A stretch of DNA of 63,716 nucleotides, the filler included, from Reclinomonas americana ATCC 50394 (lineage: Eukaryota), in NCBI GenBank assembly GCA_048213135.1. It is 6 parts of 3 records of this genome, joined end to end, with 100 filler letters (N's around TTAATTAATTAA, not from the genome) between each part and the next. Parts side by side here need not be neighbours in the genome. Positions count along the whole stretch, not along the records: positions 1 to 23,658 come from PS015144.1; positions 23,759 to 39,344 come from PS015145.1; 4 more parts are not named here. One strand, written 5' to 3'. Position numbers and translations under genes: made by a program. Below, piece after piece: positions 14,601 to 27,686 of the stretch. Position 1 is the stretch's first letter; the number at the start of each line of letters is the position of its first letter. The notes below the pieces were generated by a model that saw only the letters and a list, made by a program, of their open reading frames with translations, was not told the origin of the DNA and did no database searches.

Positions 14601-17600
14601 GCGTCTGTGGTGTCTCCTTCTTGACGATCTACACGTGTTCTCACACACTTACCTGTACGCACAGACCAAGTTGCCTTCTCGGTGCCGACCAGTTCACCAT
14701 GGAGGCGTGGTTTGCATTGAATACTACTCTTCTGTCCGCGCGTGCTTCCCTCTCGGACTCGGTGGCCTTTTCACTGCTCTCGTGCCCCGGTTACTGGTAT
14801 CGCGAGGCAGTGTTGACAATAACTCTGGCAGTATCGCCTTTCACTCACATCTCAATCGCAGGCACTGGTTTCTTGTGTGCAAAGCTGTGTTGCTGAGCAG
14901 TACGCGGCTCAGTTGTCAAGCGAGCTTTGTTGTCATCGACAGTGGCCCGCAACCGTCGGCCGTGTTCAGTGACCCCACAGAAAGTTGCATACCGTCTGCA
15001 TGTGTGCGGCTGTTGGCCGCTGGCCGTTACTCATATGTGGATGCAGTTCCCGTGTCGACATGGAACCATGTGGCACTGCGCTTCCGGAAATCTGCTGCCG
15101 AGCTTGTGTTCACGCACAACCGTCTGGTCACTGGCGTGCGGTGGTTCCAAATGACAGACGCATTTCAACAGAGGGTTCGTGTGCAACTGACGCCACGTTC
15201 ACTATAGTCTCCTGCGCGTCCCGTTGAGTGCTGTCAGCAGGTGGCAGCCGCCCTGACATCGCCGATTGACGTGGTGTTTCTAAGCGTGGCTGGCTTCAAT
15301 ATGCGACTCTCACCGGACCTGGTCGCTCTCGGCCTGCCAGCTGTGTCGCTCCAATTTCCCGGCAAGGTTGGCGACTGCAGGATGTTTTGTGCGTGAGTAG
15401 TCAATGATACCTCAGACTCAAACGCACCGCAGATGAGCGCTATTCGTGTGCTTCCACGGTATGTTCGACTGGACGACTTGTCTGTGCGATCGACTGCCAT
15501 TGATGTCACACGATGCTCAATTGTTGACCAGTACGGTTTGTGGTAAGACGCTCCAGTGTCCGCTGCCCGCCGTCTTCTTATTTAACGCAAACACACAGCC
15601 GGCGACCGCTGCACCTGTCCAGCCATGCTGGCTCGCGTCTATCGCAATTCATGCGTCGCTCCGTGTCTGGCTGCACAATCGGTAGCCGTCGATGGCGCGT
15701 GCGCGGTGAGTGGATAGCATCAACACTGCGAAGTATGCTTTCACGAGAGACCTCACGAACCTACGATGCAGTGTCCGTCGGCCTCGTACTTGGTGTGGTA
15801 TCCTGCTTCGCTAGCACTGCCTGCCGATGCACTGATCACGGGCCAGTACGTCTACAATGTGCTCGTTTTCCAGGCCACCACCGCGTCTGGCAGCAGCAGC
15901 AGCAGCTTCAGCACCAGTGTGCAGGCTCTGTCGGTGCGCAGTCTGCTGCCTGGCGCGGTACATTGTATCTGCGGCTGGCCATTCATCGTGTTAGATACAG
16001 GTCATAGACGGCTCATGGGAGCATGTGGAGGCCGACGCACTGTGTGTGATTGGGAGCGCCATTGTATCATGCCCTGGACGCGTCGATTCCTCAGCAAGTT
16101 CACAAGGTACATGCTCAGAAGGCTCGCCCCCTTTGGTGCACTAATTTCTCATTCTTTTGCTTGTCGTACAGGATTCCTGCTTGGTCCCTCGGCGACATTC
16201 GGCGTTGTGCTCACTGCCTCCGGTCGGCTTGTGCCTTCGCCAGCAGTGTTGCAGGCTGTGGCGCAGTCCACTATTGGTGGCATCTCGTTGCGAGCGACGG
16301 GAGCTGCGGGGATCTCTGTCAGCGCGCGCATTCTGCAGCTCCCACTGTCGCCGGCGGCTATTGCAGCCGGTCAGTGGCAAGGCTTCAGTGCGCAGGTGAT
16401 TGAAGCCAATAGCGATGCGTTGCCACTTGGCGTGATGATACCAGGTGGAGTGGCGGTGGCTGTTGCGGTCACAATATGTTATTATCATTCTGAATCGCTG
16501 CTCCTTTGTGTCGCAGACAGCACCGCCAACAACACGACGTGGTCACTGGTGACTCGCACGAAGGGACTGTCGTCTCCCAACGCATCCTGTTTTCCGTGTC
16601 CGACGACCACGGTACGCCTCAATAACCTCTATCCATAGCTCACTCGCTGCAGTCGTTCATTCGCACACAGGATCGCACAACACCAGCCTCGCCGCCCTTC
16701 ACCGGTGTCGCCAGCTGTCCATGTGCAAGTGGTCTCACTCGCAACGCGTCGGCCGCTGATCCGCTTGAGCGTCTCCGTTGCGTAGCTTCTGCAGGGACGA
16801 CGCTTGACATTCCCGAGTGGTCCACAGCTGAGCGGTATCAGCGAGTTGCGTGCGACGAGCGCCGTGTGTGTGTGGCTTGCTCCTATTGGCTTCACAACCG
16901 CAATTCTGTATGCCACAGACCAACAGCACAGTGGCCGTTACTGTCGGAAATGACGCCAACGCACTGGCCGCTGCTGCCTGGCTGCGAGTGACGGTGGCAC
17001 AATCAGTGAATGACGCTGCTTCGTTTTCTGTCGCCAGTATGGTGACACGGCCGTGCGGCTCTGCTGTACTGCCTTCTGTCCCCGCCGTGGGCGACCTGCG
17101 TGTTGACTGGTCGCAGACTGTGCGCGTGTTGGATGGAACGGGAGCGGTGCTGTTGACCGCAGTGGATGATTCCAGCAGCATCTCTGCCTGCCCGCGTCTG
17201 CGGCTGCAGCTGCTTGCGTCTGTTCAGCTCACTGCGACTGTCGACGCCGCTGGGCATCGCTCCAGCTTGGCCTCCGTGCGGTTCGTGATGGTACTCGCAA
17301 CTCGACACTCCCACAACTCTCTTATCTTCTCCGCAGGTCCTTTGCTGTCGCTCCCTGGTCACCCGCACCCGCCGTGTACCCGCTGCCAGCCTCGAACATG
17401 TGAGTTATCTGCGGAGTTTGGTCCAATTATTATTTTCGCTTGCAGCGCGCTCACACGTCGTCGTGTTCGGACGCAGAACGGGCGTGTCGTTGGCAGTGCT
17501 GGCCACGCAAGCCTCGAACGTCACCATCTACTACACGGTGGACGATTCGCCGGTGACAGTCCCAGCCGACGCAGCTGGCAGCAACGATGTACGTGCGGCG

Positions 17601-18141
17601 ACTCAGAACACCACTCGTGTGTACTCTGCAAGCAGTCCACCCGCCGTGTGGCCGGGAGCAGTGTTGCGTGCCGTGGCTCGTGTGAATGGTTTGGCTGTCA
17701 GCGATGAGGTGCGTTGGGCATACCGTGCCGACAATTCGACAGTCGTGGTGGTCTCGCCGAACAACAGCACCGCCACGTCCAGCAACAATAGCACGTCCGC
17801 AGCAACAAGTACCGACAGGTACTCGCATGCATGAACGTGTGTTTGCGACTCCAATCTGACATGACTGTGTCGCTGTGCTGCGCGCCACCAGTGGTGATTT
17901 CTGCACGAATCAGCGCACAGGCTGCATCGTTCTGAGCACCGTCAGTGCGGTGGTGCTGGCCGTTCTTCTTACCGTGCTGCTGGTTCCCGTCTGCCGCCGT
18001 CGGCGGCAACGTCGACAAGCCGGCTACAAACTGCAGCCACTTCCGGATCATCAACAGCAACAACGGCGGCGGCGGCGACGACGACGACGACAACAACAAA
18101 GACCACCACGTGAAGAGCAACAACGGCGATTGGACCAGTAA
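11670..18141 (+). CDS. Large type I membrane/surface protein (signal peptide, Cys-rich repeats, LamG/ConA-like and Fn3/CHB-like modules, C-terminal TM)
   Basis: Signal-like VAIALLLCTVLA; CTSCPVGYYCLGG and CAFRCLAGSYY; FTMEAWF and WNHVALRF; TIYYTVDDS..VLRAVARVNGLAVSDEV; TM IVLSTVSAVVLAVLLTVLLVPV followed by RRRR. Exon structure only partly resolved and could be more than one gene. Confidence 0.55.
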
Positions 18142-18177
18142 AAAGAGCTGCACTCGCAAGCGGCGTTATTACTTGGG

Positions 18178-19361
18178 TCATGATTCGTCGCCGTACGTTT
18201 GCCTGCACACTTCTAACCTCCACTGCTGCACAACGTGGCGGGTGGTTCGTGACCTGTCGGTCTTTTGCAGACCGCTGCTCTCCAGATTGGCTGCCGTCAG
18301 CGGTAGCACGGGCTTCGGATTGTCATCGCCGGGATCATCGCTGCTGTCCGGCAGTGGACTGGTGGCCGCCGAGCGCTGCGTCGCGTGCGTGCTCGCCTGA
18401 CCACCCAGCTCCTCCTCGGCCTCACAGGCCGCCAGTCCATCCTCGTCCACCTCGCTGTAGTCGCTGCCGACGGTCACCGCTTCGCTTCTGGCCGCCGTGG
18501 GCGCCATCGACTGCCGCCTCGCGTATTGCTGTACATGCACGCACATATACAGGTGAGCGATCGGCGAGCAAAAGCAGCGCTTGTCACAGCGACGCCAACC
18601 TGCGCAGCCGTTGCATCCTCCGAGTCCTCCACACCCGTAAAGGAGAGTGTCATGCGTCGTGCTTGCCGATCTTTCACAGGTTTCGGCGCCGCCGCTTGCA
18701 GGCCACCTTCACCACCCGCTGCGCTGCCGCCAATCGCTCCCGGTACCATCATATCCGTGGCACTGTCGATACTCGCGTGCCGCGACGCTGGCTGCTGCTG
18801 CTGCTGCTGCTGCTTGCGAGGTCCGGCGACTGGATCATCCTCCACTATGATCACCGTGGTGTTGCCTAGTGAGGAGGTCGGAAGACCACGCGACTGCCGT
18901 CTTGCGGCCTTGTGCGAGGCCGCCGTGGAGAACGCTGTGTATAAACCAATCGAGTTCGGTTTTCTCTTTCACATTGCCACTTTTTCTCACACAATCACAC
19001 AAATATACAAGAGGGACGTACGAGTGTATGTGCACACGCGAAACTAAAACACACACACATGCACACACACATGCAAGAAAGAGAAATGTGCGGGCGCCGA
19101 AGAGTGGTGTTTGATTTCGATTGGGTGACATGTAACAGAAAAACGGCAACGAACTGTTGATCGTGCCCACAATCTCTGATCTCTCCTCTCTTTCTCGTTC
19201 ACACGCACTCTCTCTCTCTCTCTTTCTCGCTCTCTCTCTCACACACAGAGGCACTCACCGTTGGGACCGAGAGAGGGACGCGATTGTCGCGACTGGAGCT
19301 GTGGTCGTCGTGCCGACAAGGGAGCAACGAGACTTGCCGGCCCTGAGCACCCGCACCCCAT
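18178..19361 (-). CDS. Low-complexity hypothetical protein with N-terminal MGCGCS myristoylation/palmitoylation motif
   Basis: Exon 1 MGCGCSGPASL..LGPN|gtgagt joins in frame to exon AFSTAASHK..IIVEDD, then YARRQSM..YGDES*. Confidence 0.55.
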
Positions 19362-19816
19362 GGCGATTGTCTGTCTGTGTGCTCTTCACTCACACACACA
19401 CGACGAAGAAGGAGAGGTTGACAAAAAGAGAGAGCGAGAATTGTGAGCTTCTCTCGCTCAGCAGCACGATTACAATCAAAAAGCGTCCGTTTGTTGTGAT
19501 CCGGGACGAATTTGGCAACAAGTCGCCAAAACTGTCATGCTTGCCTGCTGAGACGGTGGCAATAAAGGTTAGCTCGTCTGCCAAGTCGTGGGAGGACGGC
19601 GCAGTGCCTGGTGATGAGCCTTTAAAAACCAATTCTCCATATAGGAGGGAGAGCGCACTCGTGCCGGAGACTAAATCCGAACGCCATACCGTTTTAATTT
19701 TTCTTCCCAAACACACGCACGTGACTTGCTGTGGCGCTCGTGTGTGCAAGCCCAGTGCGGGAGGGGGATCAGAGAGAGAGAGAGAGAGGGAGGTGGAGAG
19801 GGGCACGTCAAGCGTG

Positions 19817-22800
19817 TCAGTGACGACGGGCAGCCGAGCGATTGCGCTGCTGCTGGTGCTGTTGATTAGTGAGATCCGCGACATCTTCTGAGGCGGAGCT
19901 CGTCAGCAAAGCGGCGGTCATAGCCAACTCAAACGCTTCGTCGTTGGCACGGCTGTTCGCTGAACCCGACTTGCCACGTTTTCGCTGCGCCGCCGCCGGC
20001 TGTGATACGACCGCACGTATTATTAGCCCGTTGTAACAAAACGGGGAAAACCAAAGCTGCATCAACATGTCAGACCTTGGACTGCTTGCCAGTCGCCACT
20101 GGCCGCACGGCCGCCGCTGCCGCAGTCGTCTCTGGCGTTGGCGATGGCGAATGGTGAAGTGGCGAGGACGACGATGGTGGTGGTGGTGGCGGTGGCAGCA
20201 GCGGCGGCGGCGGCGGCGGTGGCGACGAGGAAGTCGAGTTTGGCGTCTCCCCACCAGTGGGAGTTGTCGGCGACGAGGCCTCGATCGAATGCTGCTGCTG
20301 CTGCTGCTGTCGGCGACGCACAATCGGAATCGGGCGGCGGCGTGTGCGGCCATCGACAGGCACACGCGGTCGGTTTTCCAGAGTCCCATGTCGGCGCTTG
20401 TGTTCGTGACAGGCGTTGCAGAGACGCACACGCAGCTGCGTGACTTCGTCCATGTAACCGCGCCACTGCGGAGTCTCGCGAGTACCGCAGTGAGCACACA
20501 CGCGGATCTCTCCACTCGCCGCTGCTCCGCCGGCGGCGGCAACCACTGGCGCCACAAGCGTGGCACCGGCCACCGGAATACCGCCGTCCAGTGGAGACGC
20601 CGCGGCGGCCAGCAAAGGCGGCAAGGAGCCAGCAGCAGAGGGCGCACCAAAGCCCAACGCCATGAGCGACGGCGGTGGCGGCGGCGATGACGACGACGAT
20701 GAAGAGGAGATCTGCAACGATCCGGACACACCAACGACCGCCTGCACATGAAAGATTCGCGCGCATGATCGGGGCATATTAGCCAAAATCAAGCGGGCAA
20801 CTCCATAAAAAGTAAAGCACATACCGGTTTCTTTTGGTCGACCGCTGCCGACGGCGACGACAAGGACGCCGCCGACGAAGAAGCCGACGTACGACGCTTG
20901 CTTCCACCGCCAGCGTTGCTGCCGCTGGCACCCGACGACGCCGGCGAGGCCGATTTCTTGTGGGAGGCGGATGTGGCGGCGGCGGTGGCGGCAGCGGCAG
21001 AGGCAGCGGCAGCAAAGGCAACGCTGGCCGCGGTATGCGGTGACAGACACGCGCCACCCTCGGCCCACGAGTAGAAGAAGCCGCCGCCGAACGGACGAGT
21101 GCTGATGGGCGGTGGCGGTGAGAAGGTGACGGCAGAGCTTCCAGACCCTGAGCCGGCTGCCAGCGCCGACGACGCCCCCGCCGACGATGGGGATGACAAG
21201 GTGGAGGAGGAGTACGATGATGACGACGACGCGCCGTATCCATTCTTGCCGTTGGCAGGACGACCACGACCACGACGGCGAGGAGGCACTGGAAACTCTT
21301 CGTCCTCGCTGCTCTCCTCCTCCGCCGGTGTCGCGGCGTCACCATCCCTGTCCTCGTCGACCAACTCCTGATCCTCCTCCATGCCACGACGACCACTGTA
21401 TCCGCGCCCGACACTGTCTACATAGTCGACATCATCCTCGTACCGCGATCCCGTTCGACGCTTGCTGCTGGCGGCGGCAGTGGCAGCAGAGCCGCCATTG
21501 CGCTGCTTACTGGCAGCCGCGCCCCGAGTAGACAATCCACTACCACTGCCACCAAACGGTGACGATGACGATGACGACGACGACNNNNNNNNNNNNNNNN
21601 NNNNNNNNNNNNNNNNNNNNNNNNNNNNNNNNNNNNNNNNNNNNNNNNNNNNNNNNNNNNNNNNNNNNNNNNNNNNNNNNNNNNNNNNNNNNNNNNNNNN
21701 NNNNNNNNNNNNNNNNNNNNNNNNNNNNNNNNNNNNNNNNNNNNNNNNNNNNNNNNNNNNNNNNNNNNNNNNNNNNNNNNNNNNNNNNNNNNNNNNNNNN
21801 NNNNNNNNNNNNNNNNNNNNNNNNNNNNNNNNNNNNNNNNNNNNNNNNNNNNNNNNNNNNNNNNNNNNNNNNNNNNNNNNNNNNNNNNNNNNNNNNNNNN
21901 NNNNNNNNNNNNNNNNNNNNNNNNNNNNNNNNNNNNNNNNNNNNNNNNNNNNNNNNNNNNNNNNNNNNNNNNNNNNNNNNNNNNNNNNNNNNNNNNNNNN
22001 NNNNNNNNNNNNNNNNNNNNNNNNNNNNNNNNNNNNNNNNNNNNNNNNNNNNNNNNNNNNNNNNNNNNNNNNNNNNNNNNNNNNNNNNNNNNNNNNNNNN
22101 NNNNNNNNNNNNNNNNNNNNNNNNNNNNNNNNNNNNNNNNNNNNNNNNNNNNNNNNNNNNNNNNNNNNNNNNNNNNNNNNNNNNNNNNNNNNNNNNNNNN
22201 NNNNNNNNNNNNNNNNNNNNNNNNNNNNNNNNNNNNNNNNNNNNNNNNNNNNAGCTTGGAGGTGGTGTGCGGCTGCGCAGCTCGGGACATGTACACCGAC
22301 GACGGCAGCGGGCGGGAGGCCGGCGACGAGATATCCGACGGTGGTGGACCCACGGGCCTGCCCGCCAGCGAGTGGTACAGCTGCAGGTGCGAAATGCCTG
22401 CTCGTGCATCCAGGTCAGACACCACGCACCGCCGTAATGTAAAACACCTCGAAAAACGCAACAGTCGGTACACAGGTCCGTCTCGTGCAGATTCCGCTCG
22501 TCGTAGATCGACAGCACGATGTGCTGCCGGCAGTGGCTGCAGTGTCGGCGCGTGGAGGGAAACTCAATCGGAGAAAACGCCCGCCGAGCTCCGTGGTGGT
22601 GGTGGTGCGACGGCGGAGCCATGAGGCCGCTCATGTGCTGAAACGGCGACGGACCGGCAGTCGACGACAACGATGCAACTGCCATGGGCAGCGGTGACGA
22701 GGCCGCAAGACTGGAGGACGCCGGTCGACCCACACGGTGCACCATGCTCGACTGTGTAAAAGTGAGATTCGCCAGCGAGGCGGCGACTGACAAGAGAGCG

Positions 22801-22893
22801 CGCGGTACGCACCAGAGCCTGGTGATCCTGCAGCGGCGACATGATGATCGGCTGTGGCAGCTCGCCACACAACGGACCCGGCAGGCACTCCAT
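19817..22893 (-). CDS. GATA-type zinc-finger transcription factor with AT-hook, spans a gap
   Basis: CAHCGTRETPQWRG..LCNAC (about 20375-20500); AT-hook RRRGRGRP (about 21260-21283); second CxxC...CxxC (HCSHC..LCTDC, about 22460-22545); low-complexity linkers. Confidence 0.7.
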
Positions 22894-23702
22894 GACTGCG
22901 AGGGAAAAAAAGGCGCGAATGTAAGTGGGGGGTTTGCCATTCACAAAGATACAGGGTCAGTTTTCCCGAGACACTTGTGCATGCAGTTGATCAAAGTACA
23001 CGCGGCGATGACGAAGAGTGGGTGGAGAGGCAGGAGGAGAGAGGGAGAGGGAGGGAGAAAAACGGGACAGAAAATGTATGGGGGTGTTGCGTGTGCGTAC
23101 GTGTGAGTTGCGATCATGGCACACATGTGGTCCGTCACGCACCAACACACACACGCCTCGTTGTGTGCTGCAGGCACGTGCATGCACACATTGCCATTCT
23201 TGCACATCATACCACGCAAAGGGAAGAGGAGGAAGCAAGGGCGGGGGGCAGGCACGGGGGTAGTGTGTGCGAAGTCGGGCACGTGCGATGATCGTCCCCA
23301 CTCACAACACACACGCAGACACACAAAACGCACACTTCTGCAACTCTCTCATTCCCCCTCTGGTATGCATGCAAAGAGAGCGCGCACACTATGCTGCATC
23401 ACTGTGACGAGAAGCAGAGGCACGACGGAAACACACAAACGACCACACTTGCAATGCAGGAAAAATAAGACAACACAATCATATCTGACATACACATCTC
23501 GCCTGCAACGACACCGCACCACTCTGCACACACACATGCTCGTGTACATGAACACCACTCACAAGAGCGCAAGAACAAAGTGTACGGAAGGAAGAAAGCG
23601 CGTTGTGGGTGGTGACGATCGCGATCACTCACTCACTCACTCACTCTCTCTCTCTCTCNNNNNNNNNNNNNNNNNNNNNNNNNNNNNNNNNNNNNNNNNN
23701 NN

Positions 23703-23714
23703 TTAATTAATTAA
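23703..23714. other. Artificial contig linker TTAATTAATTAA flanked by Ns (also 39389, 44555, 49618, 57038)
   Basis: Identical palindromic six-frame-stop 12-mer always centred in N runs; one sits inside an ELP3 intron. Confidence 0.95.
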
Positions 23715-23758
23715 NNNNNNNNNNNNNNNNNNNNNNNNNNNNNNNNNNNNNNNNNNNN

Positions 23759-24765
23759 CCTGGCATGCTGCGCCAACTGGGTGTGCGCAATCTTCTCCAC
23801 GCCAGACTTGACAATCTGCACAGCAGTTGGTGTGAGGTGAGCCGAGTGTGGTGCGAACGTGGGTGGCAGCAAGAATCCCGCAACTTTCTTGGTGTTGGCC
23901 GCCAGACCCTTGAACTGACCGGCGAAGAACTGGAACTCCTCAGCCTTGGTGATCTCCTGCACGCCGTCCTTGATCTTCTCCGTCAACTTGGTGAACTTGG
24001 AGCGCAGGCCGCTGAAGAACCCACTTCCCTCGTCATCCTCCTCGCCCTCACCGACATCCACCTCTTCTTCATCGTCGCCAGCACCGTGCCCACCGTGACC
24101 GTGCTGCTCTGCTCCCTCCTCACCCTCTGCCTCGTCGTCGTCATCATGATGATGATCATCGTGGCCGTGCCCAGCGTCTCCCTCTCGCGGCTCCTCCGCG
24201 TCCTCCTCGTCTGACTCACCACCTGCCACGCACTCAGCACCCAGGCATGCACATACACACAAACGCAGCGCGAACAGCTCTCACCAGTGGCGCCCATCAG
24301 CGTCTGCACCGATCGCCCCACATCGCTGACCTTGGCCGACACCTTGTTGGCGATCTTCTTGAAGAACCCAAAGCCCCACCTACACACCAGCACGTCTCAG
24401 CAACGCCACAACACAACTCCCCTCTCTCGCCTCCTCATGCTCACATACCCTCCACTCTCCTCCTCCTCTTCTTCTTCTTCTTCCTCTTGCTGCTCCTCCT
24501 CCTCCTCCTCGTGATCATGCGATTCCAGCGGCACCTCCTCCTCCTCCTGTTGCTCCTCCACTGCCTCTCCAGTGACACGCACTGGGCTCTCAGTGACAGT
24601 GGTCGTCGTTGTTGTTGTTGTTGTCGCAGTGGACGCAGCAGTCGCCACCTCGTCTTCACCAGGCGCATCATCAAACTGCTCCACTTTCTCTGACACTGCC
24701 TCTGGTGCAGCAACAGGAGCAACAGGAGCAGCAGCTGCCTTGGCAGGCTTCTTGGACTTGCCCAT
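23759..24765 (-). CDS. Acidic N-terminal half of a probable FAM114-like protein, truncated at gap
   Basis: MGKSKK.., acidic tracts, GGWGFGFFKK..SVQTLMGAT, consistent GT-AG introns; runs into N/linker gap. Confidence 0.5.
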
Positions 24766-25013
24766 CACACGTGTTCACAATCTGCGCGCCAAAAACGTAA
24801 CGAACTTGAGATCTTTCTCAGTGGAGAGAGACAGAGAGAGAGACGCATACACACGCGCACGCGTTGATAGATAGACAGTGGGGCAAGCAGCGAGGGATAG
24901 CGAGATAAGAGAGACAAGAAGCCGAGCCGCTGCTCACCACACTTGCAACAGAGACAGTGAGAGACAAAGCGAGCATCACTCTTCTCTCTCTCCTCTCTGA
25001 CTGTGTGTGTGCC

Positions 25014-25663
25014 ATGGATCCCTTCAGTGGTCAAGGCGATGCAGAAGACGAGTGGCGTGCTGGTGGGTACGCGGATGGCGTGGAACATGGTCGGCTTGAG
25101 GGACGCGTGGACGGGCATCGATTGGGGCTCTCCAAAGGTGACTACTCACTCTTCTCTCTCTGTGCGTGTCCTCTGCTCCACTCACTCACGCGCGTGTGCA
25201 TGTGTGGAGCAGGCCTGTCACTCGGTGAAGATGTGGGCTTTGTGCAGGGCATTGTCGAGGTGTTGCAGGCGCGCATTCGGCAATCACCCGACGCGTTTCC
25301 CGAGCGGTCGGTCTCTCTTGCTCTTCTTGTTCTCGCTGAGTCTGCTCCATCGCTCACCTCTCTGTCATCGCACAGCACTCGGAGGCAACTGAACAAGCTG
25401 ACTGAGCTGCTGGCGGCATTCCCACTGGAAGAGTCGCAGCATGAGCAGCTGGTGGAGCTGTATGAGCAGCTCATTACCAAGTTCCGAGCGCTGCGAGTGG
25501 CACTCGGCGTGCATCAGGATCCCGCGTTTTGGTGTTGCGTCTATGTGCACAGAGTGCGCCTCCTTCCGTTTCGGCTTACCCAGTGCGAGTCGCAGTGAAA
25601 CACGAGGTCGAGGAGTCGAGAAGACCGGCAGGATCGGCGGCCGCTGCCTCGTTCAGCTATTGA
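25014..25663 (+). CDS. LTO1: LTO1/ORAOV1 (Yae1_N deca-GX3 family) Fe-S assembly adaptor
   Basis: GYADGVEHGRLEGRVDGHRLGLSKG..GEDVGFVQG GX3 repeats; KFRALRVALGV; aromatic C-terminus ..SFSY* after splicing at 25534. Confidence 0.8.
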
Positions 25664-25834
25664 AGCGTGTAGACAACGAAAGAGAATGGCGTGGGGGGTT
25701 TCAATCGTCACCGTGGTGTACAGGGCTCGGTTCGCTGCGAGTGGGGAGGAGGATGAGGCACGCAGCAAGCAGGCTGCCGTGTGTGTGTGTGTGTGTGTGC
25801 NNNNNNNNNNNNNNNNNNNNNNNNNNNNNNNNNN

Positions 25835-27577
25835 GGCCAAGCGCCTGGCAAAGACCCTTTTCCTCGACGGCGACGTGGACGAGGACGAGCCAGTTGCGAG
25901 CCTGTTGATTGCTCTCCGTGGCAACTCTGCTGTCACTCACCCTCGCCTGCCGCAGGTCACGTCGTTCGAGGTGGCCTTTGAGCAACTGTCGGGCACGCAG
26001 TTTGTGGAGGCACTGGAGGCGCTGAGTGTCGAATGCCGACTGCGCAATCAGCAAAGGCTGTTCAAGATGCGCAACCGCAAAGAGCTGGAAGGTGGCGTCA
26101 CCACCAACTCCTTTCCTTACTTTTGCGTTGTGACGTTGACTGTGTGTTGATTGGCGTGTAGCATCGCTTGCCGACCTGAAGCAGCTGCTGGATCCGGCCC
26201 AGTTGATTCGAGAGAAGTCGACAGACGTGACACCACAATCGACTGATCTGCGTCGCTTGTTTGAGATTATTGAGGTTGCGTGCGGTTGCCCGGGGGAGTG
26301 TCGTGCTTCTGCGTGTACGGCGGTCCGACACGTGCCTCTGGTGGTGCAGTTGAATCCAAAGGGCAGCCAGCTGATTGACATGTGCGCCGAGGCTTCGGCC
26401 GACGCTCAAGAGCACGTGACCAGCTTTGCGACGAGTTGCGTTGCTGCATTGCCTGGAACCACTCACAGGCTCGTTGCTGACGAGGGTCGGCACACAGAGT
26501 TTGACGAGAAAGTGGACGCGCAAGCCTCGTGGAGACGAAACGTGTTTGCCGCCTTTGCCGACATGTTCTGCAATCAAGTGTGCGCGTCTGTCTCTCTCTC
26601 CGTCTCCCTGCTTCATCTCCACTTATTTCATTTGTCGCAGACGAAGCTCGGCTGTGAACCACTTTGGCCGCGTGGCAGTGTGCTCAGTGGAGCAGCTGCT
26701 GCGCCTGGCCGAGTTCTTGATTAGCCACGATGGTGACGAGTTTCCGCCTGAGTGGTCCGTCGTGTCGCCGTCGTCGTCGTCGGCACACGCTCAACGGCAC
26801 GTGAAGGCGGAGAGCATAGGCTCCGATGGCAGTGAAGATGCACAGTGGGAGGCGGCCGAGAAGGCGGTAGAATCGGCGGCGGCGGCTGCTTCCGGCAGCG
26901 GCTCAAGTTCGCCCGCAGAGTCAACACCCGCGGCACCGGCAACACCCGCCAAGCTTGAGGTACCCGAGGACAGGTGTGTCAGCGTGTGTGTGCGTTGACG
27001 ACGATGGGGCGTGTCGATTTATGGTTTCTTTTCAGCTCGCCACTGGCCCAAGCCACTGCACGCATGCGTCGCTTCCAGGCGTGGGCGCGATTCTTGGTGC
27101 AGGTGCTGTCCTACGTCAACAGTGTGCACATCCGGTCGCTGCTGAAGCTGCGCCAAGACACCAAGCAACGAGCGACAAAGCTGTTCCGGTGAGCCATCGA
27201 GGAAGGAGTTGACGATGTTCGTGAGCACTGAAGTGGTGGTTGGTTGCGTGCACAGCGAGTCGAATGACGACGTGGAGGCGCTGGTACAACACGCCGATGT
27301 GACTGTTGCGTGACACGGATCGAGTGGGCATCCACATTCTTCTCCAGTGTGCTCATTTTCCCGCCTCCCGACTCAGTTTGAGGTGACACGAGCGGCGATT
27401 GATGCGGAGCTCGATTCAGCGCTACAGCAAGTACTCTCGTGCGTGGAGAAGCTGGCACCGCTGGCTCACCGATTGTGCTTTGTGGGCTCTGCGGCCACGC
27501 CCAACTCTGCCCTCAACAGTCCCGGGCCGGCTCCATCTGCCGCCGCACCACAACCCGAAGCAGCGGGCGCGCCGTAA
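25835..27577 (+). CDS. FAM114-like protein, C-terminal helical part, 5' partial
   Basis: VTSFEVAFEQLSGTQFVEALEALS and AVCSVEQLLRLAEFLI resemble FAM114A motifs; multi-exon frame closes at TAA 27577. Confidence 0.55.
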
Positions 27578-27686
27578 TCTCTTGTCGGCAGCGACTCGCA
27601 CGCGGCCCACAAGGTGCACCCAATTCTCTCACATTTCTTAGATAAACGCACACAAAGTCATTCGTCTGCACGAGGTCGTCTACACT

